The notes under the pieces are model-generated. The model was not told the origin of the DNA, did not search any database, and saw only the letters and a list, made by a program, of their open reading frames with translations. Positions 1 to 12,800 of a stretch of DNA of 64,000 bases are shown here, in pieces (position 1 is the first letter of the stretch; every line of letters begins with the position of its first letter). The position numbers and the translations under genes are program-made. Source of the stretch: Camelus dromedarius. Lineage: Eukaryota. The stretch covers positions 117,554,001 through 117,618,000 of the forward strand of contig NC_087437.1 of NCBI RefSeq assembly GCF_036321535.1. The letters are read 5' to 3'.

Positions 1-4
1 GAAG

Positions 5-10
5 GTAAGT
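5..10 (+). other. Possible splice donor of the preceding PCP4 exon
   Basis: GAAG|GTAAGT is a consensus donor, and G + AT (28019-28020) would give the expected Asp codon. Only 4 exonic bases are visible. Confidence 0.3.
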
Positions 11-290
11 TCTTTCACAAGCCTTTCACAACACCCACGGCTTTTCCCCTCTTCTCTGTATGGGCTGGCGTGGGTGTGGGCTATTGGCAAGGAGGTTGGA
101 CAGCAGAGGAGGAACAAATGACAGCTGCCCAAATGGAGAAGGATGGACTGCCAAACAGGACTGTCCCGATTTTCTGTGTTCATAGATTCACCTCCATCTT
201 GTCATTGGAATTCCTGTCCATGGACCCTCCCAATCTCAGAATCATGGGGTTTTATAGTTGAAGGACTCCTGAGAGGTTCCCCTACTCCTG

Positions 291-953
291 CGGCTGTTCT
301 CAAACTTTTTGCTCTTATGACTTCTTTCCATTCTTAAAAATTCTCAAAGGCCCCAAAGAACTTTTGTTTCTGTTAGCTGTATTTACTGATGGTTTCCATA
401 TTAGAAATTAAACTGGAGAAATTTTTTAAAGGTCTACTTATTAATTCATTAAAAATAGGAACTATCTTCAATATCTTGTAATGCCTTATAACAAAAAAGA
501 ATCTGAAAAAGAATACATATATGTACATAAATGTATGATCAAATTACTATGCTGTACACCAGAAACTAACACCACATTGTAAGTCAACTATATGTCAATA
601 AAAATAAATAAATAAATGACGGGTAACATAAACAACATTTAAAAAATAAAAAGTAATGATATTTTCCAAGACAGAAAAAAATACTTAGCGAAAGAGTTTT
701 ATATCTTTGCGAATCTCTTTAATGTCTGGCTTCATACATTCAATCTGTTATAACCGCAGGTTCTACATTCAGTGTGTTATAACATCCTGTGCTGTGTAGC
801 TTCTAGAAAAGTCCACTGTGTACCTGTGAGAGGATGAAATTAAAAAAAAGCAGAATACCTTAATACTATAAAAAAAATAATTTTGATCCGGTGGGATCCC
901 TCAAAGGAAGGAAGCGCCCCCAGGGTGCCCGGTCCACACTGTGGGAACCGCTG
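291..953. mobile_element. hAT-Charlie non-autonomous DNA transposon (Charlie1/MER119-like)
   Basis: Degenerate TIRs cggctgttctcaaa (291) and gtgggaaccgctg (953). Internal motifs ccccaaagaacttttgttt and ctctttaatgtctggctt resemble Charlie1 derivatives; right flank ctctaggg resembles the Charlie target. Confidence 0.7.
457..618 (+). mobile_element. L1 3' UTR fragment nested in the Charlie element
   Basis: atgctgtacaccagaaactaacaccacattgtaagtcaactat followed by aataaa/(TAAA)n tail; the same motif occurs in the L1 copies ending near 27050 and 44070. Confidence 0.85.
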
Positions 954-3348
954 CTCTAGGGCAAGCCCTGTGTCATGCAGGAGGAGCCTGGAGTCGGGGT
1001 CAGGCCGAGTGGTGGCCAAGGCAGGACGAGATCCCTTGTGTTCGATGCCTCTGCAGCCCGGCTTTCCCCTGTCATCCGTAGATACTTCAGAGCAAGTCTT
1101 CATGCTCCGTGCCTTGTATGAGATGAAATTATCAGCTGTTACAGAAGACGCTACCTTCTGCTACGCTAAGGCATGAAATTTCTTTCAGATAAAAATCGAT
1201 CCACTCTAGTGAAAATTCAGCGTGCCTTTTCTGAAGGTATAAAAGTTAATAGGAGGGAAAAAATCCAAGGTGCTAGGAGGTAAAGCTTCTCTTTATCTAA
1301 TTCTAGATATTAGAGGATATTCATTTTTTGAGCAGAAGTCCGAGGTTATTTGGTAGTTATAGAATCATGGGGCTATGTAAACTCAAATTGTTACTAACAT
1401 GTTCTACCTTCATTTCAGAAAAAAGTGCTCATTTTGATATCTGTACAGGATATTTTATTATAATACTAAGCTTGTGCTTTTGCCTCTAAAAACAGACAAA
1501 GATGAAAGTCAATAAAAACTCAACAAAAATTGGGGGAAAGATTTCTAGGTATGGTCTAAAAGACAGTTTTCTAAAAAATCTGAAGTTGCTTAATTCTTTA
1601 TTCTTAAATTTGTTATATGAAAAGACCATCTTGGAATTTCTATTTTAACCTAAGATTGCATTCCCCTGAAATTCAAATTATGTAACTCCGCCATCGCAGG
1701 TGTCTAGAGAGACCTTTTATCTTAATGTATATTTCCTATTAATACAAATGAAGCTGCCTACATAGGGTGAAGGAAGAGGGACCCATGAGACTAGAAATAC
1801 GAAGCAGAGATGATCAAAATGTTATGAGATTTAGATAGCAGTCAATTAATCATAAAGTGAATATTGCCACATTTCATTAGCTGACTAGAAGTCAGAATGT
1901 CCTTATTTTAACTAGTATAAATTGAGTCAAGGTCTTCATTTAACAAAAAACAATGAAGACAAAGGGAGTTAATTACGGGTGCCTTGAAATTCTACTTTGG
2001 ATCAGAAGACCCAAATCAGATACATTAAAACTCCAGAGGGATCCAAATTCTTGGGCTCTGCTGAAATTTTATTATATTAAGTATTATCTCAAGAGGGCCA
2101 TTGGCTGGGATCTGAATTCTTCCAGGATTTGTTTTTGTGTTGTTGTTGCTGTGGTACTAACTGACGTGAAATATGACACATCCACCCCATACAATCCAGA
2201 ACAACCCTGAAATCGTCCTTACTCTCAAGGATGCCAACCTCTGGATACACAACCCAGCAGATCCAGATGCCCCTCATCTCACCCGCAGTGTGAAGAAAGG
2301 TTTTTTTCTTTTTCCCAGAAATACTGGGGTTATATTAATTTTTTAATTTAAAAAATAAGTTAATTAGGATCTTGTTGGTTCAGAGATTTTCATTCCTAGA
2401 TGCACAAAGTACCTTTATTATTTGATGAGTTTATGCGAAGGACGTCGTTTGTTTCTGGGTATAATGCCCTACTTGAGGGAAACAGTTTATAGCTCCGGTT
2501 ACAATTCATCTGCTACATTAAATTCAAACGTGTTGATACGTACAGACACAACCGTCTGAATCTAGCTTATTCACCACTTTAGTTACCATTTGGACACAAT
2601 CAAAAGATTTTTTTTGTAAGACAATAATTTGGCTGGGTATCTTGTTGTCAAAAGACACTTTATAAATCCTTTTTCTTTGTAGTTCTTAACTAGCTGGGTG
2701 TTCTGGCTGAATATCTTGATCTGTATCTCGATTCTCATCATCCATAGAGACTTCAAGAGTTAATGTTCTTTATTGACATACAAAAGTAGGAAAATGCTGG
2801 GAGGAGAGTGGCTGCTGGGAGACTTCCAAGGAAAGATTTATGAGTAATAAACTCAGATGGAGCTTACTTTTAGAGCTTGGAGGCTTACTCAAGCTAAATT
2901 GAATTTCTAAAGCTGGAATGGATTTCTCTTGACTTAGTGAGCGGTAACATATTTGTTTCCCAAATTCTGTCGTTGGAGGCGAAGGCATATGGACATACCT
3001 GATTTAGATAAGAGACTCCCGTCAGCCCAGGCTGCAGGCACAGGCTCAGAAGGCAGATCTTGTTCTGACCTACCTGTGGGGCTCGCAGCAATTCTCGTTT
3101 CTTTGAGGTGCAAGGAGCTGAGCAAAAATTCAACCACCATATGGAAAAGAGGTTATGGCTTGAGAAATTGCTAGAAGGTGTGGGAATATGCTAGGAGCAC
3201 CTAAGACTCAGTTTGTGTCAATGTGATGACATCATTACTAATAATGAATAAGATGAAATGTTACCTGACTGGGTAATCTCCTCTCCTTGTTTTGAGTAAA
3301 ACCAAAATCACAGACAGTTAAGTTTATCTCACCTTTGGATTTGAGGGA

Positions 3349-3392
3349 ACACACACATGTGCGCGTGCACACACATACACACACACACACAC
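3349..3392. repeat. (CA)n microsatellite with embedded TGTGCGCGTG
   Basis: Alternating purine-pyrimidine run seen directly. Confidence 0.9.
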
Positions 3393-5148
3393 TCGCACAG
3401 AGAGTAATTTTATTTTTCTGCTATCAAGTAGTTGTAGAGAGAATTTGATTGAGAAGGACCTACATTCATAGACAAATAGATACCATTCATCTGAGTCTGA
3501 TTTTCCAAATAAGAAGTAAAATTCAAGTATTTATTCCCAAAGCACCTCACACCCCACCCGTGCCCCCTCCCTCTTGGCTCCAGATTGCCCAGTTGATCCC
3601 CAGTTTTTTTTTCAGTGTCCTGGGTGATTTTTCCGTGCCTACAAATCGATTTGGGCAGATTTTACCTGGGATACCTTTAATCTATCACCGCTCCTTGGTT
3701 TGTGGAAGTGTGTGGGATGAGGTCTTTGTGCAAGGATGGAAGATCAGCTTGGAGAAAGCAGGGACCGCCTTTGGGGCCGGGAAGGAAAGGGGACTGTGCG
3801 CTCACTACCACACCCAAGAGAGACAGTCACTTCTGGTGGGAGATGCTGCTGGACTGATCTGGTTCCTGAACACAGGAGGTTGGGATGGGAGACAAGAAGA
3901 GGAAATGCAATTTCCAGAAAGACCACGGAGGGCTCACGCCCTGTAACTGCCTACAGCGGAGACGTGACTCAGTTCTGCCTAAGATACGGGATGTGACCGT
4001 TGAGTCCAGGGATGGATGCAGAGAATGTGGATGTGGTGTTTCTGCAGGCTGCTGTGGCAGGGGGCTGGAAGCCAGGGGCATGGGGAGCTCTGCTCCACAC
4101 AGGATGTAATTCACCAATTCTGCCCAAATCTGGGTAGGAGTTTAGGTGGAAATTTACCATGCTTAATCCGTAATAAGCCTCTTCGAAAAGGGAAAGTGAC
4201 ACCTTAGAATGTTGAGCCGCCCTGCTCATCAGAAATGAGCTGGTTAAACTTTCAGACTGCATCTGGCTCTGGGAAAAGCACCTCCCCGAAGTTATCAATC
4301 ACCAAGGTGTGCGACTGTTCCTGCGCCAGAAAGCTCTAAATTTGTTTCTTGCTAGAGCAATAAAACCGCGGGCTGCACGAAGCCCCGCATCCACCCGCGC
4401 TGAAGTGCTGTACGTGCTGCCGTGAATACCGCAGACACACAGAGCCTTCAAGGTGAAAAATCAGATGGCTCTGCTCTCCATCAGGGGTCGCCTGGCCCCT
4501 TTCCCCTTCTCTTTCTGTATTTGAAGTAACCAGAAAACAAATTCAAAACAAGGATGGATGAAACACTAACCGGCTTTCAGGCATTGTTAGCAGGATGTGC
4601 CCTCTGTGGTGTTGGCTCCGAACACGCCAAAGAATCTCTATTCCAGAAGGAATACGTGGATACACAAAGTTGCTTGTGATATTGAGTCAGACGGGGCTGG
4701 AATGAAATTGGAATTGCTTATTAAGCCAGGCCTTTCGACCGTCAGGTCTGCACACAAAGCTAGTCAATGGGTAATACTGTTCAACAAGTGAATCGATTCT
4801 TTGTGGGGCTCTGTTAGGGATCAGTGTTGACAGGGAATTTATTATTGCCAATCTCGGTTATAAGATTTTTTTTCCCCTTCAGGTGGAACATTATAATAAC
4901 TTCAATGTGCTGGTAATACCTTCAATAAATACGATGCTTCTGACCCAGTGTCTAGGAGTAAACATGCTTGAAGCCTTGTTAATAAAAGCAGAGATTTTTA
5001 CCTGTTCCTGGTTATGGTTCCCTACCTCTGTGTGCATTTGTGTAGGTTAAAACGCTCTCACACACAACTGATTCCATGGCAGACTTGGGGGAGGGTAGGG
5101 AGGCCATGTCAGGCCAAGTTCCTCAGGAAGTCAGGTGATAGGTCCAAG

Positions 5149-5712
5149 TGTTACCCAAAAGGGGAAGGGGAAAGACCCCAGTTCTTTTCTTACCTGAAAG
5201 AGAAGAATTCAGATGGGAGACAGGAGCATTGCGCAGCGAAAGATCTTAAAGGATTTATTAGCGGAGGGAAAGAACACCTCCAAGCCTGGGAGGCCGGCTG
5301 ACCCAGGGGTGGAGGGCAGTGGTCTTTGTCTGCCCCTACTTCTATACCCTCGCTCAGAGGGGGTCTCCTGATTGACTGATGGCTCTTGCCCCTGGCGTGC
5401 TTAGTCATGCTCGTCCCCTTTTGTGCGTGTCCTTACCCATGATGCACACAGAAAAGCGTGTGGGGGTGGCGTGCGGGGGAGCTAAACCGCAATGCTAATT
5501 ATATTACAATGAGCATTGGGTTGTGTCTCGTTAGGTCCTTGTCACTATCGTGCAGTTGTGGCTGCCAGGTTCTAAGTGGTTTCTTGCTGGCACTCATTTA
5601 GAAGAAGTAAGGCCCCTTTATGCTGAAGATGGGCATAACGCCATCTTCCAGACCCTCCTCTCTCTCCTCCACCTTATCTGCCTGGTGTCCCCACTTACCT
5701 AACTACCTAACA
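5149..5712 (-). mobile_element. ERV1-class solo LTR
   Basis: TGTTA...TAACA inverted termini, 4-bp TSD CAAG (5145-5148 and 5713-5716), minus-strand AATAAA at 5254-5259. Confidence 0.75.
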
Positions 5713-7015
5713 CAAGTCGCATAAATCAGAGGAGGGAAGACTGCAGGTCATCTGGCCCCCAGTCTAAACACACCAGGTGTCCCCAAGTACACTCTTTCCT
5801 GAGTTTTCTCTTGACCAGGTGGGTCTTGGTTGTAAACTGGCAGATAGGGTGGGCTGTGGTCGGAGTCCATATGACTGGAGGAGGTTAACAGACGTACATC
5901 TTGGCCAGGCTGGAAACCATAGTCTCAACAGAACCATCATGTCATCAGTGCAGTTAACTAGCCCCTGGCAAACAGGTGAGATCTTAGACTAATGACAGGG
6001 AAAGCCATGTTAATTTTCAAAACAAAAAAATGGAAGCAATGTTCTAATCTGTGGGCTTCTCTGTATTTTCTCTTTCCTCGCCTCCTTGCTTCCTTCCTTC
6101 TTTTTGAGATGAAACATTACTTAGCTTTAGACTAACTGAAGATAGAATTTTGTGAAAACATGAGGTTAGAAATTATGCCAAAAGAATTGCCACTCCAGAT
6201 CTGTTTTGGCTACGAAGTAGCTTGTACCAGGACAATGGGGGTCCTTGTCTCTTTGGCTCCAATCAGGAGACAGGAATGTTTCATATTCACTCATCAATTA
6301 TTTGTTTGGAAATAATACTTCTCCAAGTGCCTGGAAGCATTTTGCTCTTTTAAGTTGGTGATGCATTCATAGTTTTATTTGTAGAATTAATTTGCACAGC
6401 AGCACGTTTTCAGAAGAGAGAACCAATTTCAGCCTGAGCTACATAATAAGATGGTTTAAATTTGTAGGGTTCCTATTGGGGGGGGGTACATCTGTGATTA
6501 TAAAGGTGTGTAGAAATGCTAACATTCCTTCTTCGGAAAGGATGTTTTCGAGCAAGACTTCCTCTTAGGCTGGACCTGCTCTTCTGTTTGAGTTGTGTGG
6601 GGGAAAGGCGCCTCCGAGCCCCTGTGAACGCCCCCAGGCACATCCTTAGAGCAACCATGGGACTTGCTCAGACCAGAGGGCCGAAGTCTCCTTGGGTCTC
6701 ACACGAAAGCTTTCTGCCAGAGATTCTAGAACATAGCTTTGGCAGGAGCACCTGGGGATTGTTGTGAGCTTATGTAATGTCCACGCAACACAAATGATTG
6801 GTTTCTTCCAACTTCTTAATCAGTAATGAGTGGGAGTTTCGAATCGATATAATTAATTGTGAAGATTTGGCTCAATGCAGGTGATTCAGTCGAGAAATGG
6901 TGCTATTTCACTCCAAGTACAATTGATATTCTCTCCTAAGTGGGTCCTTTGTGCTCAGAAAGTGACCACTTTTCATTCAATTAGGCTAAGAACAGACTGG
7001 CTCTGAATCATCTTT

Positions 7016-7495
7016 CTTTTCTTAATTGTCTTTATTGAAATATAGTTAGGGTACAACATTACATAAGTTACAGATATACAATGTAGCAATTTACATTTTT
7101 AAAGATTATACTCCACTTATAGTTATTATAAAATGTTGGCGATAGTCCCTGTGTTGTACAACATATCTTTATAGCTTATTTTATATCTAATAGTTTGTAC
7201 CTTTTAATTTCCTCCCCCTATCTTGCCTCTACTCTCATCCCTCTTCCCACTGGGAACCACTAGTTTGTTCTCTCTATCTGTGAGTCTCCTTCTTTTTTGT
7301 TATAGTCACTAGTTTATTGTAGTTCTTAGATTCCACATATAAGTGATATCATAGAGTATTTGTCTCTCTGACTTATTTCACTTAGCACAATGCCCTCCAA
7401 GTCCATTCATGTTGCTGCAAATGGCAAACTTTCATTCTTTTTAATGGCTGCATAGTATTCCGTTGTAGATAGATGTATGCCACATATTTTTTATC
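7016..7495 (-). mobile_element. 5'-truncated L1 (3' UTR and ORF2 end)
   Basis: L1 3' motifs (gattccacatataagtgatatcata, gttgctgcaaatggcaaa); TSD ctgaatc(a/c)tcttt at 7003-7015 and 7496-7508. Confidence 0.9.
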
Positions 7496-7829
7496 CTGAA
7501 TCCTCTTTTTAAGAGTGACTTCAAAGTGTGGTTGAGTTTTTTTGATCCTGGGCTAAAACCTAGTTTAGAGGATTGGCTGTATCAATGTGGCTTTCTCTCA
7601 CAGAGGGAAGGTGCCTCCTGCTTTTTGGGGTGGAATCAGGAGAACAAAGTCCATGGGTCATCACATGGCAGAGTTTGTCTCGAGGTTGGCATGACATCAC
7701 CCAGCCACAGGCTCTGGAAGACAAGCCCCTATAAGCTCATTCTTAACTGTCCCTTACCTCTTTTGCTCTCTACCAAGGACAAGGGTCCAAGGGAAAATGG
7801 AAAACATAGGCTCGTTTCTAAAAAGTACT

Positions 7830-7966
7830 TAAACATTCTATTTGCAGAGGATAGATAGTTAGATTTATTTATTTATTTATGTATTTAATGGAAGTACTGG
7901 GGATTGAACCTAGGACCTTGTGCGTGCTAAGCACACACTCTACCACTGAGCTATACCCTCCCCCCT
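7830..7966 (-). mobile_element. tRNA-Ala(AGC)-derived SINE (camelid vic-1-like)
   Basis: Reverse complement reads GGGTATAGCTCAGTGGTAGAG...GCTTAGCA...GGTTCAATCCCCAGTACTTCCA plus (TAAA)n; probable TSD taaaaagta(c/t)t at 7819-7829 and 7967-7977. Confidence 0.9.
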
Positions 7967-8234
7967 TAAAAAGTATTAAGCAGAGCATTAAACAAGCCTG
8001 GGCCTTCCTGAGAGTGGGTCCCTGCACACATTACCTGCCGTGATGCTGGTCTGAGGGTGTCACATACAAATGTATTTTTAAAAACAATTAAATATATATT
8101 ATTCATTTCATGATATATTTTCCCCTCATGCTTTCTACACTGCTGTCCTGCAGCTAGGTCATTGGAAACCTTTTTGTATGGAAATTAATTTGACTCTAAT
8201 TACTTTTCTAAGTCAGGGGCATAAAGCTTCCCTT

Positions 8235-8490
8235 CCTTTTATTATTATTGTATTTATTTATTTATTTGATTTTTAATTGAAGTATAGTTGATTGACAATG
8301 TTGTGTTAGTTCCTGGTGTACAGCATAGTGATTCAGTCATATATCTCTATCTCTATCTCTATCTGGATATAGATACAGATATAGATATATAGATATATTC
8401 TTTTCCATTCTAGGTTATGACCAGCTATTGAATATAGTTCCCTGTGCTGCACAGTAGGTCCTTGTTTATTTATTCTCTGTATAGTAGTAT
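8235..8490 (-). mobile_element. L1 3' end fragment
   Basis: T-rich tail followed by gaagtatagttgattgacaatgttgtgttagttcctggtgtacagcatagtgattcag and aatatagttccctgtgctg. Confidence 0.85.
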
Positions 8491-9277
8491 ATTTTTCCTG
8501 ACTTTAATCACCATGTGAATATTTCTGGATCACTTTGTATACTGGCTGCGATTTTGTATGATTTCTGTTTTGGGATCAGATTTTGAAGAGGAGTAAAGAC
8601 AGCTGCAGAGGAGAGGGAGTTCTAAGCCCCTCCTCTTGCTTCGGGCAGCTGGGACCCCTCAGGCCAACAGCACACAGCAGAGGGGAGGGAGGCCTGTGAG
8701 TTTCTGGGTTCAGACCTTAAGAAACTGGCACCTTCCACCTTTTTCTCTCTGGGAATGCTTGCTGTAGGAGAAGCCAGCTGCCACTCAAGAACTCCCACTA
8801 CCTTAAAGCCATCGTGCTGTGAGGAAGCCCAGGCAGCCCGCGGGCAGCCCTGTGGACAGGTGCCCCCCAGCCCGCGGTCGTACCAGCTCTCCAGCCCGGC
8901 TGGCGGACGTGTGGGTGGAGGTCCTCCAGGTGCCTCAGCCACAGGGCCGTCCGGCTGCAATCGCGTGGGGGACTTCGCCCAGGAGATGCCCTGCTGAGCC
9001 CACGCTGGGGGAGAGAATACTCGGTTCTGTGTTTAAGCTGCTAATCTGAAGTGACTCATGCTGCAGGGATAGTCAACTGGGATGCACGTAAACCGCTTCT
9101 TTGCTAACCCGTGGGCTCCTTCCCCTTCTCTTGCTCTGCCCTCCTTCACGTACATCCCAGACCGAGCTCTACTCTTTGCTAGTTGGAATAGAATCCCTCC
9201 TGGATACAGACCTTTAGGTCCTTAGTAACCAGACAAGGGAGGCCGTAGAGTACTCTGGACTCCAGCTTGGCGCTGAG

Positions 9278-9335
9278 CATTCATTCATTCATTCATTCAG
9301 GAAGTACTTGCTAGGCACCTGACATGTGCTGGAGC
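9278..9335 (-). mobile_element. L2 3' end
   Basis: (CATT)n followed by caggaagtacttgctaggcacctgacatgtgctgg, the typical L2 tail. Confidence 0.6.
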
Positions 9336-9649
9336 GGCCACTCAGAGCCGAGGATGGCGGACCCTGGAAGAGCAACACCGGGAGAGTGAGGCGGGGCGTC
9401 CTTAGTGGCGGGCGTGTCAGGCGTGGTCTGGGGACGAGCTCCTCCACGAGCAATTTGAGGAGTGTTGACCACAAAGGGACCATTTGCAAAGGTGTTGGCA
9501 GGGTTTAGGGAACCTCACACAGACTGGCAGTGGCAGGGCCTGCAGGGACGCCCAGAATCCAGAAAGGGTGTGTGCGGACGGGTAACCCACAGGGGCCGTG
9601 GTCTTTTGTTGAAGGACAGAGCTGATCTTTGGGCAATTTTGCAGACTCT

Positions 9650-9853
9650 TAGGGTTGCCAGATTTAGCCAGTAAAAATACAGGGTGCCTCATTGAAGTTC
9701 AATGTCCAGTAAGCAAGAAACAAAATAGCATAAGTATATCCCCACAGAATACTTGGCGGTATACTTATACTAAACATTTGTTATTGTTATTTGTTGTCGT
9801 TTACCTGCAATTCAAGTTTAACTGAATAGTCCACATTTTGTCTGGCAACCCTA
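9650..9853. mobile_element. MER53-like MITE (hAT)
   Basis: Perfect 13-bp TIRs TAGGGTTGCCAGA / TCTGGCAACCCTA, about 200 bp long, with an internal palindrome (agcataagtata...tatacttatact). Confidence 0.85.
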
Positions 9854-12800
9854 GAAGAGAAGGGAGCAATGAAGTAAACCACCCAGAGCTCTCTTTTTCA
9901 GTTTTCTGATTACCTCTAGTATCACCCGCTGGAGGAATCCAACCAAAGCCACAGCACAAGGCTTAGGAGGAGTGGGGAAGGGTGAGGAGTGGGGAAGGGT
10001 GGAGAGTGGATCGCGGAGGGGGGGCAGGAGGTGACAAATTGCACTGCCTCTTACCCGTGCCTGCCCTTCTCTCGCTGGGCTCTGGGCCAGGTCGCCGGAA
10101 AGCCCCCCTCAGGCTTCCCTAATTACAGACGTAGCCTGCTATACTGTGCGACTGCAGCTTTACAAAGACAGAGCAGGCGTGATTTTTGTACACAAAGTCT
10201 AGACTAGTTTCAGGAAAAAAAGAAAAAATCAGGCCATCAATATCATCTTTCTATTTTAACTAGAGTGTCCTTGGTTGGCTTAATATTTTTAAAAGAAGGA
10301 AAACTGTCAGATATTTGAGGAAAAGAGGACATAGTCGACACTCTCAGAGCAATTAGGCTGCCTCTGTAAAGATCAATGTGTGTTCACGCTGTCAGTTTGA
10401 GCCACCCCCTGGCCCCGCTCAGGTGTCATTTGGAGCCAAGGGAGGTGGCCAGAGATGGAGGGGGCGGATGCAGAGGTGTGAACATCTCAGTCTGGTCTGA
10501 AGGGAAACCCTGCTGGAAACCGGCCCGCTGGGAATGGGGGTGTGAGCGCAGAGCAGGTCAGGTTCCCCCTGAATTCAACTGTGTCAGAGCAGGAGGGAGA
10601 GGACAGAAGCCTCCAGCCTCCTGGAATTTGGGGCCACCAGGGCCTGAACAGGGGTGAGCGGCATGGTCAGACCTCCTCCAATGAGCTGAGGCTGGAAGTC
10701 AGACACCACCCGTTGTGGGCTTCCAGAAAAGCTGCCTTCAGGAAGGGAGGGCACTGTGTCTGGGGAGACTCATTCAGCTGCTCTGGCCACCGGGAAGGTG
10801 GTGAGGAGCGGGACCGCCAGGACTCCAGGTGGCCCCGGGGGAGGCTTGGACCAGCTGCCACGTGGCCTGGGGCTGAAGTGTTGATCTGCGGTGGACAGCC
10901 CTGTGCTCTCCCAGCCAGCGTTTCAGAAAAGAGACGCTAACATTTGCCTCCACTGTCCTGGGGAGGCATCAGGGAGAAGATTTGCTTTTTTTTAAGTCCC
11001 TCTTGGACTCCTGAGTTTCAGAACTTTGAGTTAAACTTCCAGCTTGTGACTGCGAGCCCAGCTGCTTAACAAAATACAAGGCATGACCATCCCTTTCTTT
11101 TAATTCAGTACGAAGCAGAGCCCAATCCTGCATTCCTCTTCCTCCCTGCACAACCAGGGGGATTGTTCTTTTGGGCACCATGGTGACAATATTTCCCAAA
11201 GAAATGAGGATTGGAGCCCCTTGAGTATAAGTCATACTTCAAAAGTTCAAGAGGGAAGAAGGATAACCAGTGTGTGGGGTCACTGAATATAAAAGGCAAT
11301 TATTTATAGACTTTGCTTTTTCCAGCATTAATTTGGAGTATTTACTATTATTGTTGCTGCTGTTGCTATTTACAAAATTGCCGCTTGTCAAGAGTGAGGG
11401 CAATTATTTGCATACTACTAGATTTAATTTAATAAGACATTAAAATTATATTTCTCTTGAAGATTACCCTCTTTCTCTAAAAGCTAACTAAAGAGGAGAT
11501 GCTTCTCATCAACCCTCTGGGACTCCTTTGGGTTCTTGCCACTGCCGTCCTGTTGCAGCTGCCATCTTCCTTCTTCCTGCTGGGACCTGGAATCCAGGAG
11601 ACCAGCGATCAGCTGAACTATGTACCGATCCCATAGCCCCCGATGAGGGGCCAGAGGAAGGGTGGAACCCGGGCCGACAGCGACATGGCCTCTGCACGTG
11701 TTTCTGAGAACGCTCCTTACTGTCACTTACCATTACGTGCGGTGGAAGCTTGCTGCTACTTCTGTTCTTGGCAAGTGGCTCCTTCAGTATTTCCAAGGCA
11801 TATTCTTCTCTCTCTACCATTCCACCATCCCAGACCCTGGGGATAATTGAAAATTGAACCGTGCTCTGGCATTCATTTGGGAAGCAAAGTCTCCTCGGAT
11901 GTCAGGGAGATGCTTGGTGCTGGTGCGAATGAAGCCATTCCCGCTTCAGGCTCGTCCAGTCACACTCCGCTCACGGACCCAAGCGCGGTGGGACCGAGCG
12001 CCCTCCCGGCAGAGCCCGTTTCCCTCCGCGCAGCAGGCGCTCAGTGTGCCAATCACGGTGAGACGCCGAGTCTGCCTGCCTCCGAGCTTTCTGAAACTTC
12101 AGGGTTTCAGAGCTTCAGTGCAAACATAAACCTCCTGGCAGCTGGAGTCCATGTGCCCTCACCGAAATCCAATTTCCCACCAGTCCGTAAAGACTGTGTT
12201 TTTACAGTGTGCTTTAAAAACAGGCATGGTCATCAGAAACAGCCCCTGAAGATGCTTGCTTGTTATTATAATGCACTTTCTGGCCGTGAAGAGTGCTCTA
12301 AATGCTCCTCTCAGGCAGTTGTACTCAGTAATTGTTGCCTGTTTCACAAAGAAGTAGAGAAACGTTTAGCCTGAAATTTTCACTGGATCTACTCATGGAA
12401 GAGCTGACACCAGGCTGCCTCCTTGGCAGTGCTTTTTCTGTTTTAGTCAATTGCTTTTAAGACCCTACTTTTTAGCCATTTCCCGATTGCTGCATCTCTT
12501 AGCCGGCACGGCTGCAGGGTCTGGCGAGAAAACCTTTTCTGATTCTTCATTTCCTCCTCGTAAATGTGTGGGGGAAGGGTGAATCCCCAAGACCTCTGGT
12601 CCCAGCCATTCTGTGGTTTGGCCATTTGCTAGTGGGGGTTCACTCGTGGTGAATCGATTCATCTCTTTGGGTCCCAAGGTCCTCTTTGTGGGACGATGTT
12701 GTCTTTAGACTCTTGTCTAATTTTGACACTTTCTGATTCTGTCTTTTTCCCGGGACACTATAGCAGGTTTGACTTCTTTTGATCTTTCTGCACACATCAG

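Noticed and set aside
7888..7962. Possible functional tRNA-Ala genes (also near 13556-13630 and 45003-45075)
   Set aside because: They carry mismatches, A-rich SINE tails and (in two cases) TSDs, so they are SINE copies rather than tRNA genes.
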